Below are positions 48,886 to 59,733 of a DNA stretch of 64,000 nucleotides, piece after piece. Location of the stretch: the IMG/VR virus record IMGVR_UViG_3300025133_000035. One strand, given 5' to 3'. A program made the position numbers and the translations under genes. The DNA comes from an uncultured virus (IMG/VR IMGVR_UViG_3300025133_000035) (taxonomy: Duplodnaviria > Heunggongvirae > Uroviricota > Caudoviricetes). Every line of letters begins with the position of its first letter. The first letter of the stretch is position 1. The notes under the pieces are model-generated. The model made no database searches. It was not told the origin of the DNA and saw only the letters and a list, made by a program, of their open reading frames with translations.

Positions 48886-51800
48886 ATGAGTACTGGTGAT
48901 GAAAATGAAAAAAAGGTAGCGGTCGAGAAGCAGCTAGCTAAGGCTGCGTTCGATCGCGGCATCTCCGAGGAGAGGGTCACCGAAGCCCAGAGAAACGCGA
49001 CCCCAGAGATGAAGAAGCAGGTTGCATATTCAACCCGGCTAGCCGAAGCTGCCGAGAAGCGGGTCGCGCACCTCACCTCCGTCCGCGATCTAGCCAAACA
49101 AAACGGCGGTCTTGCGGAGAACACTCTCCTCACGGCGAAGGAGCAGCTTAAGGTAGAGGAAGCGCGTGTCCAAGCGCTTATAGACTCAAAACTTCTCGTT
49201 GGAGAGGCGCTGAAGAAAGAACTGGCAAGCCTTCAAGTGCTGCGGGAAAAGGTTGATGCCCAGAAGCAGGTCAAAAGCAACGTTGAAAAAACGATCACGG
49301 CGATCACAGGCGTCAGCGGCGCTTGGAAAGGCACCCTTATCGGCAGCTTCCTTCAGGGCGACTTTGAAGCAAACATGGATATTGCCATTGAGCAGTTCCA
49401 AGCACAGTTCTCAGCAGCAAACATGCTGGGATCCTCGCTGATGAAGGTGCAAGAAGCGACAGCCGCAATGGTCTATTCTGCAGACGCTACGTTCGCTTCG
49501 GTTAACCAGCTTACTAACGGTACTGGCGAGTACAACGACGTGATCATGGACACTATGCAGAACAATGCTGAGTGGAACGTGAGTATGGAGGACGCCGGCG
49601 AAGCAGTCGGCGCCCTGTACACCGATATGAGCAACTTCTCAAACATGACAGAAGAAGCTCAGGGTCACTTGGTCGAAACAACGGCTCAACTGAAAGGTCT
49701 TGGCATCGACGCACACACAACAGCCGCCAACTTTGAGATCTTGAACGGCGCCTTGGGGATGTCGGCAGAACAAGCCGCAAGAGTACAAAAAGACTTTGCA
49801 GCAATGGCAGCAGACCTAGGTGTTTCCGCCGGTAAGATTGCGAAAGACTTTCAGGCAAACGCAGATGTGTTCGTTGCTTACGGCGATGATGCAACCAAGG
49901 TGTTCAAAGAGGTCGCCGGCGCAGCCAAGGCTACCGGCATCGAGATGAGCGCTCTGCTGGGGATCACAACGAAATTTGATACCTTTGAGGGCGCAGCCCA
50001 AGCCGCCGGTCAGTTGAACTCTGTCTTAGGTGGAGGATTATTAAACTCTATGGATCTTCTGAACGCGTCAGAAGAAGAAAGAATCCGGATGCTGATCCAG
50101 TCGGTTGAAATGTCCGGCAAGAGTTGGCAGTCTATGAGCAAGTTTGAGAAGCAGGCTGTGGCTAACGCTGCAGGGATCTCGGACATGACAACAGCTAGCA
50201 AGCTGTTCGGACAGAGCCTATCAGAATATGACGCAGCGCAAAGGAAGGTCGAAGACAACGCAGAGTCACAAGAGAAGCTAGCCGAGCGCGCCGCGGCAGC
50301 AGCTAACATGACAGACAAGCTTAAGCGCATTATGGAACAGTTCGCAGTAGCGGTCCAACCAATTGTTAATGCTGTCCACACCATGCTCAATGGATTCCTT
50401 GCCCTAAACGATATGATGGGCGGCATGCTTGTTCCGATCCTGATAACTCTCCTAGGATTATACAAGCTCTATAGTATTTCTCAGAAGACGGCAATCCTAG
50501 GAAATATCCGCGAGGTCGTGACAACAAAAGCGAAGGCTCTGTGGGCAGCGATTTCGGCAAAGGCTAAGGCGATGCACACTGCCGCCACCAATCTTGAGAC
50601 CACATCAACATTTGCCAACACTGCGGCAAAGCAGGCTAACACAATCGCTACTATGCGAGACAGCGCTGCGAAGCACTGGAACACTGTTAAGACATGGGCG
50701 TCTAGCATGGCAACCAAGATCTCTACATTCTTCAACTGGGGACAAGCAGCCTCACAAACGGCTGTTGGTACCACCTCCGCCGCCGCCGCACCGGGTACTT
50801 TTGCTCTTTCAAAAGGTATTAGTGCAATCGGTAAGGCTGCGATGAAATACATTGTGCCCCTCACGGTGCTGGCTGTGGCTCTGGCTGGGCTTGGTTTGGC
50901 AATTGCGGCGCCCATACTCCTCGTAGCAGTAATTATTTGGTCGCTTAAGGATTTGACAATTGCGATGTTAGAAATGACTGATGCAATCGGACCAGCTTTG
51001 ATGGGCTTGGTAGCATTCATCGGCATTGTGGCTGTTGGGCTACCTGTCATAGCGCTCGCGATAGTCGGCTTCTTTTGGATCTTGTCATTGGCGACGAAGC
51101 CGCTGGCGAAGCTCACGCCTGTAATACCGCAGATGGTTTTCGCACTGATGGGCATTGGGATCGCTCTATGGCTGTTAGGCAAGGGAATCAAGCAGTTCCG
51201 CGACGATGATATACCCGGCGCGATGGTCATAGCTTGGGTTTCTTTGATGGCGTTTGGTCTCGCCCTGATGATATTAGCTCCGATCTGGGCAACGGGCGCT
51301 GAGAAAGTGTCCATCGGCATCCTCCTCCTAGGTTTCGGTCTTATGGCACTAGGCAAAGGCTTGCAGGAATTCAACGATGTGACCGGAGAAGACATGGTTA
51401 AAGCACTAGTCGGTCTGTTCGTCTTTTCTCTCGCTCTCATCCCGCTAGCTGCTGTTATGAGTTGGGGCGCCTTTGCGGTAGGGCTCGCAATCTTGCTTCT
51501 AGGCTTCGGGCTACAGATGCTGGGCAAAGGATTGCAGGAATGGAACAACGTTGGCATGAGGGAAGTGGGGGTTGCAGTCTTGGGCTTGTGGTTCTTGGGC
51601 TCGATGCTTGTGGCATTGGGCATGGGTCCGCTTCCATGGGGCGCCCTCCTTATCGGCATTGCCGTTGGTATTCTGGGGCTGGCACTGCAAGCGCTAGCTA
51701 AAGGCATTAAGGAATTTAACAGCAACACGATGGAAAAAATGTTAGTCCTAGGGCTAGCCCTATCTTGGTTCGCGCTCACGCTTATTCCCGCAGGCTGGGC

Positions 51801-52725
51801 ACTGGGCTTCGCCGGCGTTGCGCTGATGTGGGGCGCGATTGCAACCAGCGTTGCGTTGTTCGCATTAGCTCAGGGCGTCAAACCATGGATGGATATGGAC
51901 ATTGATAAGCTCCCCGGTTTGGGATGGGCTCTTTCAAAAATGGCACTGGGGCTCATGTTCGCCGGCTGGATGCTGATGAAAGCTGGCTTGCCGCTGTTGT
52001 GGGGCGCGATCATCGTCGCTCTAGCTCTGACGATTCTCAACAAGCCGATGCGAACGTTCTTCGAGTCGCTAGCACTTCTGGAACCTGTTGCTGCAGCAAT
52101 GCCAGCTATCGCTTTTGGCTTGCTGCTGATGGGGTTGGCGCTGCCTGCGTTCGCATTTGGAGTAATGATGCTGGGAATCGCAGCAAGTTTGCCGTTCTTT
52201 AGTACGGGTATGAGAACCCTCGTCCAAGGACTAAAGGCGTTCGGCTCTTCCTTGGGCGCCATATCTGAGAAAAAGGCTATAGCCTTGGGGCATATTTTTC
52301 AAGGTCTGACCGGCTTCACGGATCTCGATGGCATTGGAGATATCTTCAGAGAAATAGCATGGGGAATATGGATGATGGCATGGGCTCTCCGCCAATTGCC
52401 AGAAGAAAAATCACTTGCACTGGCTGTTTCTGCTGATGCTTTCTCTGGAATGATGAAAGTGGCAATGAAAGTTAAGCCCGAGACAGTAGAAACTGTGAAG
52501 ACGATGGCAGAAGCCGCAGCAGACTACGCTACGGCTAGCCGCGCAATGCGAGAGCCCGAAAAAGATGCGCTTGTTCAGGCGATCAAAGAGGCGATGGGCA
52601 CCGGCAAAGGCAAAGGCAAGGGCGCCAAGTCCGGACAAGACATTGTTCTTGAGATTGATGGCAGCGAATTTGCGAGAGCAGTTGACGCAGCGCTTGACAG
52701 TCGCCACAGCACTTCGGGTTGGTAA
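48886..52725 (+). CDS. Tail tape measure protein
   Basis: 1279 aa Ala-rich helical protein with a long hydrophobic repeat region and C-terminal IVLEIDGSEFARAV; sits between chaperones and baseplate genes. Confidence 0.85.
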   Translation: MSTGDENEKKVAVEKQLAKAAFDRGISEERVTEAQRNATPEMKKQVAYSTRLAEAAEKRVAHLTSVRDLAKQNGGLAENTLLTAKEQLKVEEARVQALIDSKLLVGEALKKELASLQVLREKVDAQKQVKSNVEKTITAITGVSGAWKGTLIGSFLQGDFEANMDIAIEQFQAQFSAANMLGSSLMKVQEATAAMVYSADATFASVNQLTNGTGEYNDVIMDTMQNNAEWNVSMEDAGEAVGALYTDMSNFSNMTEEAQGHLVETTAQLKGLGIDAHTTAANFEILNGALGMSAEQAARVQKDFAAMAADLGVSAGKIAKDFQANADVFVAYGDDATKVFKEVAGAAKATGIEMSALLGITTKFDTFEGAAQAAGQLNSVLGGGLLNSMDLLNASEEERIRMLIQSVEMSGKSWQSMSKFEKQAVANAAGISDMTTASKLFGQSLSEYDAAQRKVEDNAESQEKLAERAAAAANMTDKLKRIMEQFAVAVQPIVNAVHTMLNGFLALNDMMGGMLVPILITLLGLYKLYSISQKTAILGNIREVVTTKAKALWAAISAKAKAMHTAATNLETTSTFANTAAKQANTIATMRDSAAKHWNTVKTWASSMATKISTFFNWGQAASQTAVGTTSAAAAPGTFALSKGISAIGKAAMKYIVPLTVLAVALAGLGLAIAAPILLVAVIIWSLKDLTIAMLEMTDAIGPALMGLVAFIGIVAVGLPVIALAIVGFFWILSLATKPLAKLTPVIPQMVFALMGIGIALWLLGKGIKQFRDDDIPGAMVIAWVSLMAFGLALMILAPIWATGAEKVSIGILLLGFGLMALGKGLQEFNDVTGEDMVKALVGLFVFSLALIPLAAVMSWGAFAVGLAILLLGFGLQMLGKGLQEWNNVGMREVGVAVLGLWFLGSMLVALGMGPLPWGALLIGIAVGILGLALQALAKGIKEFNSNTMEKMLVLGLALSWFALTLIPAGWALGFAGVALMWGAIATSVALFALAQGVKPWMDMDIDKLPGLGWALSKMALGLMFAGWMLMKAGLPLLWGAIIVALALTILNKPMRTFFESLALLEPVAAAMPAIAFGLLLMGLALPAFAFGVMMLGIAASLPFFSTGMRTLVQGLKAFGSSLGAISEKKAIALGHIFQGLTGFTDLDGIGDIFREIAWGIWMMAWALRQLPEEKSLALAVSADAFSGMMKVAMKVKPETVETVKTMAEAAADYATASRAMREPEKDALVQAIKEAMGTGKGKGKGAKSGQDIVLEIDGSEFARAVDAALDSRHSTSGW

Positions 52726-52793
52726 GAGAACTTCTTGCCGATCCAACTAGTTATAGAATACGGACGCCCATCACACTAACCGGAGGATAATTT

Positions 52794-53603
52794 ATGTCAC
52801 AGTTTGCAGATCAATTTAGTCTCCCCCCGGGAGAACACTTTAATGATGCAACAGATTTGCTTGCCAACTCCCGCGGAATGGTCCTTGATTTCTATCATGT
52901 TCCTAGCGGTATTGCGGTAGCATTCAAGGGAATGATTAACAGCTTCTCAGATCAATATACTTCAGAGTGGAATACAGAAACAGTGTATGGTAGGATGGAT
53001 CCTATCCCAGCGTTTCAAGGTACCGCTCGTACAATCAGTGTTGAGTGGGATGTTGTTGCCGGAAGTATCGCCGAAGCAAAGCTTAATATGGCGAAATGTG
53101 AAACACTGATGGCTATGCTTTATCCAACGTATGAATCCGCGGGGAACAGCAACACAATTGCATCTTCTCCTGTTTTTAAATTCAAGTTTGGTAACTTTGC
53201 TCAAAATGCTGCATCTGGTGGCACCGGCGCCCGGGCATCCGTGTCTGGCTTGACCGGCTTCATCGGCGGCTTTACTTTTGAACCTGATTTTGAATCTGGT
53301 ATTGTGGACAATCCAGACTCTGCTGATTTCGGAAAGTTTTATCCGCAGCGAGTGACATTATCAGCCGAGTTTACGGTACTACACACTCACGATCTGGGCT
53401 GGAAGAAAGATGGTACCAAGCCTGCATGGGCTTCGGGACAATCTTCCGACAGCACTGTCGGACAGTCCACCGGCGGCTTCCCATACGGTGGTGTTGGCAC
53501 CGGTACCGGCGCATCGACTGCTAGTACCGCAACTACACCGGCATCTACTGACCCCGATCCCGACGCTGAAGCGGCGACCGCTAGCGACATGGGACTGGAT
53601 TAA
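52794..53603 (+). CDS. Baseplate/tail tube initiator-like protein
   Basis: FSDQYTSEWN...YGRMDPI..FQGTARTIS, LYPTY, P.FKFKFGN; follows tape measure; variant motif AACTAGTTATA upstream at 52745. Confidence 0.6.
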   Translation: MSQFADQFSLPPGEHFNDATDLLANSRGMVLDFYHVPSGIAVAFKGMINSFSDQYTSEWNTETVYGRMDPIPAFQGTARTISVEWDVVAGSIAEAKLNMAKCETLMAMLYPTYESAGNSNTIASSPVFKFKFGNFAQNAASGGTGARASVSGLTGFIGGFTFEPDFESGIVDNPDSADFGKFYPQRVTLSAEFTVLHTHDLGWKKDGTKPAWASGQSSDSTVGQSTGGFPYGGVGTGTGASTASTATTPASTDPDPDAEAATASDMGLD

Positions 53604-53608
53604 AGAAT

Positions 53609-53944
53609 ATGGGACGTTATGACGGCAGAAAAATACACACAAACACTACGCGATTTTATAGTGACTATATGGAACAACGCGGCGTTTCAAAGATCGTTCA
53701 GTTTGGCACCCCGAAGCTTAGATACCCTACTCCGCAGCAGATTTCTGCAGTAATCGAGAGGCTACCCCACACTTGGAAGGCTGGTGACATGTATTGGAAG
53801 TTAGCCGCGCAACACTATAATGATCCGCAGTTGTGGTGGGTTATAGCATGGTTTAATAAGAAGCCGACAGAATCTCACCTCGCGCTTGGAGATGTGATCC
53901 AAATACCGTATCCGTTGTCGGCAATATTATCTTATATAGGTTGA
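53609..53944 (+). CDS. LysM-like baseplate wedge protein (gp53/tail X-like)
   Basis: HTWKAGDMYWKLAAQHYNDPQLWWVIAWFN...GDVIQIP. Confidence 0.75.
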   Translation: MGRYDGRKIHTNTTRFYSDYMEQRGVSKIVQFGTPKLRYPTPQQISAVIERLPHTWKAGDMYWKLAAQHYNDPQLWWVIAWFNKKPTESHLALGDVIQIPYPLSAILSYIG

Positions 53945-53960
53945 AAAAGGAGTGGAATAG

Positions 53961-56492
53961 ATGGGAAATTGTGCAGTAAGTCCCGACGAAAACGGAGAAG
54001 GCACCAAATTAACGTTTGACCACCAATGCTGGTTGATGGATTACGCTGATGTTCTGGCGCCCATGAACAGGAAGTGTTCTTATAAGAATTTCCACGCTCT
54101 CCATTCGGAGACAGACATGGGCGTGCATGATATTATTGCTGGCTTTACGAAGCGAAAAAGCTTAGAAAAGATCATCAGACTGAAGCCGGCAGACCATGGA
54201 CTCTTGCAGCCCAAGGTTCGTCTTTGGCGAGTCCATCCAAAGACCGAAGGTGAGCCCGCTTCCGGAGCAGAAAGTGAGTTCATTTTTGATAGCTTCTTAG
54301 ATCCGTCCCGTATCTCGGACATCTTCCAAGCCCAAGGTGGTTTGGCTCGTATGGGCGGCGTTGGCTTAAAGAAATTCGAATGGGAGTTCACTGGCACCAA
54401 CCCCGCAGAGGCTGATAAAATTATCGGGGTTAAGATGACACTACACTTTCAGACCATGAACGACCTCACGGCGAGGTGGGACGCGTCCAAGGGGGATGGA
54501 TATGGAGGCACTGCCGCCGGCGAGAAGCCGAGCTTTATGGAGTTAATTTTGCTCCCCCCGGAAAAACATGGCACAACCACGGGCGCTTGTAAAAGACCGA
54601 AGAAGAATGGGTACAACCCGGACTATTATACGATTAAAGCTCAGGTTGGCTGGGCTACCCCCATGAGTGCTCAAGAATTAGATCCTGTATTGGTTAGGGA
54701 GCTTGAGGCAACAACATTGTCAATGTATTTGAGCCTCATAACACACGAGATCAAGATTAATGATGACGGAAGCATCGATGTGGACGTCGAATATGTCGGC
54801 GCCATGGAAGCTGCATTAGGTTCTAAAGATGCTGACGTGTTGTTCCCGTCAAGCTGGCATGGCGCCGGCGAAGGCGCGGTTGTGAGCGAGGGCTTTATGG
54901 GCTTTGGTTCCGATGACAGAAACATTAATGATATTGACGCAGAAGTCGAGGCAATGGAAAATGCTTTAGCCAGCAACGAGGATTCAACAGAATGCGCAGC
55001 AGGAAACCAAGATGAGCTTGATGAGCTAGCGGAAGAGCGCGCTGAGATGGAAGAGAGTTTAGACGAGCTTCGCGAGATGCAAAAGGAACTAAACGCGGAG
55101 AACAGAACACAGGCGTACGAGGCTTTTACTCAGGCAATCTCCGGAAAGATCCGCCACCTAGATTTAGACAATGGCTTCTTGGAACACTGGCAAGAGAACG
55201 AGAATAACAAACGCCCTTCGCTGACTGGTGATGATAGCGGCGGCGTAGTGACCATTACTATCGGTGATCAGGGGTGGTTTGATGACCCGGCTTCAGCCGC
55301 TGAAGAAGCTGACGAGACCGATGTTTCCGACGATGATATTTATTTTGTATTCTTTGGAGATATTGTTGACACTGCATGCCTCGCCTTCTCGCCGGAGAAT
55401 GTGCGCTCTCCCAAGAGCCCGGTAAAAAATATGAAGATCCTGCTGGGACCAATGACATATATTAACATGCGAGACCCCGTAAATGATGATGGAACCCCTA
55501 ACCAGCAAATGATAAATTTAGCAGACCTTCCTATCTCCTACACTATGTTTTTAAAATTTTGGAACGACCGGGTTATTGAGCCAGAACGGGACTCATATTC
55601 TGTTCGGGCATTTATCAAAGACTGTCTTCAGACCTTGATTGCCCCGGCGCTGACGCCCGGCTGCTTCCCTAACGGTCCAAGCCAGAATACTTCTGTTGCC
55701 AAAGCAGCTTTCACAGTTGCCAGCCCGGGCGGTGCTAAAGATGTGGTAGACGAGTGCCCCAAGATGACAGGCGGCAGAGTTGCAATGACAGATATTCAAA
55801 GAAAGCTTCGCGGCACCGGTTCCAGTCCCACCGCCAGTGGCGATGAGGAGGGCTGGCAGTATGTTCTTTTCTATATGAACACGGCAGCACTTGGTAACGG
55901 TGACCGAATGCAAGACGAGAGAAGAGGCATATATCATTACGCCATCGGCGAAGATCGGGGATTAATAAAGAAGATCGAATTTAAAAAGAACGACATTCAG
56001 GGAATGAAGGAGGCTCGCCAAGACTCATCCGGAGCCCTCTCGCAATTGCGAGAAATGTATAACGCGGATGTCAAAATGATCGGAAACAACATTTACATTC
56101 CCGGCATGACGCTGTTCCTGTGGCCACCACCCGGCTTGGGGAACCCGTCTAAGAAAGGTTCAGCAGCTAATATGCTGGGCATTGGAGGATACTTTAATGT
56201 TATTAAGGTTCGGTCGGTCATAAGCCGCGGCGGAGCATACAGTACGGACTTGGAATGTGTTTTCATAGCTGCCAGCAAGGATCCCCCGCCAGACGAGGGC
56301 TCTGGCGTGACGTGCCCAGCCGAGCATGTACCACCACCGGTGTCAGAAGGCTCCCCATGGAGCTTCGGCGACATGTTTGAACGTGACTACGACGGAGGTG
56401 ACGATCTCGACTTCGGCGATGACTCTGGCGACGGCGCAGATGAGGTCGCTTGCGACGGCGAGCCCACACCCACTCCGTGGTTTGACTGGTAG
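53961..56492 (+). CDS. Putative baseplate hub protein (gp27/late control D-like)
   Basis: Follows the LysM gene; C-terminal YNADVKMIGN..PGM....GGYFNVIKV...YSTDLEC typical of hub proteins. Confidence 0.5.
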   Translation: MGNCAVSPDENGEGTKLTFDHQCWLMDYADVLAPMNRKCSYKNFHALHSETDMGVHDIIAGFTKRKSLEKIIRLKPADHGLLQPKVRLWRVHPKTEGEPASGAESEFIFDSFLDPSRISDIFQAQGGLARMGGVGLKKFEWEFTGTNPAEADKIIGVKMTLHFQTMNDLTARWDASKGDGYGGTAAGEKPSFMELILLPPEKHGTTTGACKRPKKNGYNPDYYTIKAQVGWATPMSAQELDPVLVRELEATTLSMYLSLITHEIKINDDGSIDVDVEYVGAMEAALGSKDADVLFPSSWHGAGEGAVVSEGFMGFGSDDRNINDIDAEVEAMENALASNEDSTECAAGNQDELDELAEERAEMEESLDELREMQKELNAENRTQAYEAFTQAISGKIRHLDLDNGFLEHWQENENNKRPSLTGDDSGGVVTITIGDQGWFDDPASAAEEADETDVSDDDIYFVFFGDIVDTACLAFSPENVRSPKSPVKNMKILLGPMTYINMRDPVNDDGTPNQQMINLADLPISYTMFLKFWNDRVIEPERDSYSVRAFIKDCLQTLIAPALTPGCFPNGPSQNTSVAKAAFTVASPGGAKDVVDECPKMTGGRVAMTDIQRKLRGTGSSPTASGDEEGWQYVLFYMNTAALGNGDRMQDERRGIYHYAIGEDRGLIKKIEFKKNDIQGMKEARQDSSGALSQLREMYNADVKMIGNNIYIPGMTLFLWPPPGLGNPSKKGSAANMLGIGGYFNVIKVRSVISRGGAYSTDLECVFIAASKDPPPDEGSGVTCPAEHVPPPVSEGSPWSFGDMFERDYDGGDDLDFGDDSGDGADEVACDGEPTPTPWFDW

Positions 56493-56506
56493 GATAGGGA
56501 GAAGAC

Positions 56507-58429
56507 ATGAGTTCAGAAAGTAGGAAGAAAAAGAAAGCAGCCCAAGAATTTTGGAATGATTATATTCGATCAAGGGATGCAAATGGGCAGCAGCCTGCAC
56601 CGACAACAGATCCCGGCGGCGACACCTCCGGCAAAAATGCTCAAAAAGGCTACAGGGACAAGGTACGCGCTAACACTAGCGCGGTAGAGTTCATCATTGA
56701 TCCTCCGGGCGTGTACGAGCCGGTTGACGATCGGCGCCGACAGGGTATGCATCGTGTTCCGTGGCGCAGCAAACGATACCCGTCTGTTGAGACCTTTATT
56801 AGAGCCCCCATGCGCCAACATGGTGCCACTTGGGAAGGGGCAACAGAGAAAGACTGGACCAAAGCCACGTTCGCTAAACGTTTGCACTGGGAGGAAAATG
56901 CTCCTAGGTTTTTAGACTATTCTCCCCGCGCAGATGACGTAGAGGTGGCTGGTCGCATCACCCTCCCTCTGGGAATGATCGACTTCTGGTACGACAAGGC
57001 GATGTATGGGAAAGTAGACATGAACCAGCAGCCAATTTTCTTTTCAGAAGCTTACCTGTTGGGCTTGGTCGAGGGGAACTTAGATACCACAGCACCAAGT
57101 TTCGTGGCACAAGCATGGCGTAAGTTTAATAAGGAGTGGTCACGGTTTTGGTATACCAATGCTGGCACGAAAGATCATTCCCGGGTGTGGAACGGGGGGC
57201 TGTTCAAGCCAAACGAATCCACCGGACAGATAGACGTAGCATCAGCATGGGTGAGTGTCCACCCGGGATACCAAGCCCACATGGAGGAGACCTTTTCGAA
57301 TTTTCAAAAATGGACTTTCGTTGAAAACCGCCGCCGCAAAATTCTGACATTTAAGGACTTCATTCAGGCGTTCCTTTATTACTTTGATTCCAATGCACCA
57401 CAAACACCGGCAAGTCTTTCTGGTTATATATTAAGCCGCCACTGCCCTCGCGCTATCAGCGGCTTTCAGATTGAATTGAAAGCGGCAAACGGCGCGCCAC
57501 CGTCTGATGACCTTATTAAGAAGCAGCAGTGGCTAAACGATCCAAACTTTGAAATATTTATAGCAAAACTCAGAGAGTTTGGGTTTATGCTGGACTTTAA
57601 TGTTCCATGGCGGGTTGTTGCTGATGTAACTTCAACACCCATGCGAGAGTATATTCGAGACTACGCCATCGAGGGCTTCAATCCTGCCGGAAAGGGCATG
57701 TCTATTCCGTCTCTGCAAGAAAAGGCGAAAGAACTATACCGCGAAAGAACCGTCGACGCAGAAGCTCTGGCAAAGGAATATGAAGCTGCCGCCTTAAAAT
57801 ACATGACGAAAAGCCTTGACATCATGTTCAGGACATGCTATTATAGATCAGATTCACAAGATTTATTGAAACTGATGAACTATCTTCTCACTTTTTGGAA
57901 TGATTACGCCCGGGCATTCCCGACCGAGGTGGTGACAAAGCACCGCCCGGGTACGTCTGGCAAAAACTCAGAGACAATCACGATTACATACCAGCGCGAG
58001 CAGATATTGTTCAATGGTGCCGCGAACCCAAGTGTGGAAAACACAAAGGATCCTTACTCTATTCTAGGCGGCAAAATGCTAACCCGACGCTCAGGAAATC
58101 AGCCGGGCAGAGCTTCATACGATGTTTGGGTAGATACGTTTGGACCAAGCTTTCCGGCAAAGTTCTATTTCTTTATTCGCGCGCGCGAGGGTGCCGTCAC
58201 ATGGTCGCAGAAACGCTTTGATCGATATGTAAAAATTATGACAGATTATCAAAAAAACTTTGACGGCAAGGCAGCATTGGATTATATTAATAGCAAGATT
58301 CAAAGACTTCCCAGCCCCGGCGGAAATCCAGCGTTTAGAACGGTGGAACACCCGTCTAAGCTGTACAGCCTATACGAATCCCGAGAAAGATCACGCGCCG
58401 GCGCCGGCGTATTTATGTTGAACGTTTAA
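56507..58429 (+). CDS. Hypothetical protein
   Basis: 640 aa ORF; no recognised motif. Confidence 0.55.
   Translation: MSSESRKKKKAAQEFWNDYIRSRDANGQQPAPTTDPGGDTSGKNAQKGYRDKVRANTSAVEFIIDPPGVYEPVDDRRRQGMHRVPWRSKRYPSVETFIRAPMRQHGATWEGATEKDWTKATFAKRLHWEENAPRFLDYSPRADDVEVAGRITLPLGMIDFWYDKAMYGKVDMNQQPIFFSEAYLLGLVEGNLDTTAPSFVAQAWRKFNKEWSRFWYTNAGTKDHSRVWNGGLFKPNESTGQIDVASAWVSVHPGYQAHMEETFSNFQKWTFVENRRRKILTFKDFIQAFLYYFDSNAPQTPASLSGYILSRHCPRAISGFQIELKAANGAPPSDDLIKKQQWLNDPNFEIFIAKLREFGFMLDFNVPWRVVADVTSTPMREYIRDYAIEGFNPAGKGMSIPSLQEKAKELYRERTVDAEALAKEYEAAALKYMTKSLDIMFRTCYYRSDSQDLLKLMNYLLTFWNDYARAFPTEVVTKHRPGTSGKNSETITITYQREQILFNGAANPSVENTKDPYSILGGKMLTRRSGNQPGRASYDVWVDTFGPSFPAKFYFFIRAREGAVTWSQKRFDRYVKIMTDYQKNFDGKAALDYINSKIQRLPSPGGNPAFRTVEHPSKLYSLYESRERSRAGAGVFMLNV
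57816..57844 (+). promoter_or_regulatory. Intragenic sigma70-type promoter upstream of the PolA gene
   Basis: TTGACA-N17-TATTAT with extended -10 TG, preceded by an A-tract. Confidence 0.5.
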
Positions 58430-58441
58430 TAAAGGCAGTAT

Positions 58442-59668
58442 ATGCTGTTCCAGACATTGGATGACAAGCGAGATTGCGTAGGGGTATATCTCGATGGTGA
58501 ACTGTTGTATGACGAATTGCCAGAGGGCTTATCGCAGACGTGGGACTATAGCACGTTTCTGCGGGATACTGATGTAGAATTCGCTAAGATTTATTGCGGA
58601 GGGAAGTCCTTGGAAGAGGTGTGTCCTCCGCGCCTGCGTACGGAATGGGAGGGTGTGCGGAACAAGCTTCATGCTTACTTTCGTTCATTCCAATTTGCCA
58701 AGGTGCCGCTGGGGGAGAACTGCTTCTTTGATCTGGTTCCCGAGCGCTTTTTGATGGACTACTGCCGGGTTCGCAACCGCATTACAGAGCACGTCTTCGA
58801 TACGTACGATCGTCCGGACAACTATGATTTTGTTAGAGCGCTGGTGGAGGTCTTGGATGATATCAGATATCAGAAGCTAAACATCTCCATGGATGGTGTG
58901 CGGGACATCTATCACAAGGCTGAGACTCGCAAGTTCATTAAAAAGGTTCAGAAGTATAGCCCGTATTGCCGATACAACACATGGGGCACCAAGACCGGTC
59001 GCCTAACGAACATGCCCGGCTCTTTCCCGGTCTTGACCCTCGACAAGAAGTACCGCTCAGTACTCAAGCCATCTAACGACTGGTTTCTGGAGTTAGACTA
59101 CAATGCTGCAGAACTTAGGGTAGCACTGGGTTTGGCTGGCAGGGAACAACCCGCCGAGGACATTCATGAGTGGAACATCGAGAATATTTTCGGAGCGATG
59201 GACAGGCAGGAGGCGAAGCGCAGCATCTTTGCGTGGCTCTATGGTGGAAAAAACATTAACAGCACACTAGCTACTACTGATGGGACTGTGGAAAGATTAC
59301 TGGAAGAGAGATACCGAAAGGCGGAGATTGTTGGACAGCATTGGTCCGGCACACATGTCTCAACACGATTCGGACGGACCATACCTAGCGATCATCATCA
59401 TAGTCTCTCTTACATTATTCAAAGTAGCTGCGTGGACATTGTGCTTAGGCGCCTCATCGGGATCCACGAACGCCTTAGAGCTTCTAAGTCAAGAGTCGCA
59501 TTCACCCTACATGATTCAATCGTCATCGACCTCTCCGACGAAGACCGAGGACTGATTCCGGAACTTATTAACCTTTTTGCCGAAACCGAGCTGGGACAGT
59601 TCAAGGTTAACGTGCAAGCGGGTCGAGATTTTGGCTCTATGAAGGAACTAAGCCTCAAAACTAAATGA
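58442..59668 (+). CDS. Compact family-A DNA polymerase (polymerase domain)
   Basis: TKTGRL, motif A LELDYNAAELR, motif B RQEAKRSIFAWLYG, IQSSCVD, motif C LHDSIVID; only 408 aa. Confidence 0.8.
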   Translation: MLFQTLDDKRDCVGVYLDGELLYDELPEGLSQTWDYSTFLRDTDVEFAKIYCGGKSLEEVCPPRLRTEWEGVRNKLHAYFRSFQFAKVPLGENCFFDLVPERFLMDYCRVRNRITEHVFDTYDRPDNYDFVRALVEVLDDIRYQKLNISMDGVRDIYHKAETRKFIKKVQKYSPYCRYNTWGTKTGRLTNMPGSFPVLTLDKKYRSVLKPSNDWFLELDYNAAELRVALGLAGREQPAEDIHEWNIENIFGAMDRQEAKRSIFAWLYGGKNINSTLATTDGTVERLLEERYRKAEIVGQHWSGTHVSTRFGRTIPSDHHHSLSYIIQSSCVDIVLRRLIGIHERLRASKSRVAFTLHDSIVIDLSDEDRGLIPELINLFAETELGQFKVNVQAGRDFGSMKELSLKTK

Positions 59669-59733
59669 ACCGCCCAAACCCCAATATCTTAAATTTTTTT
59701 CGCAGCCACAATTGTCAGATTTGCGGTTTAGTT

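Noticed and set aside
50481..51779. 432-aa minus-strand ORF
   Set aside because: Antisense shadow of the hydrophobic, codon-biased tape measure region; no SD or recognisable domain.
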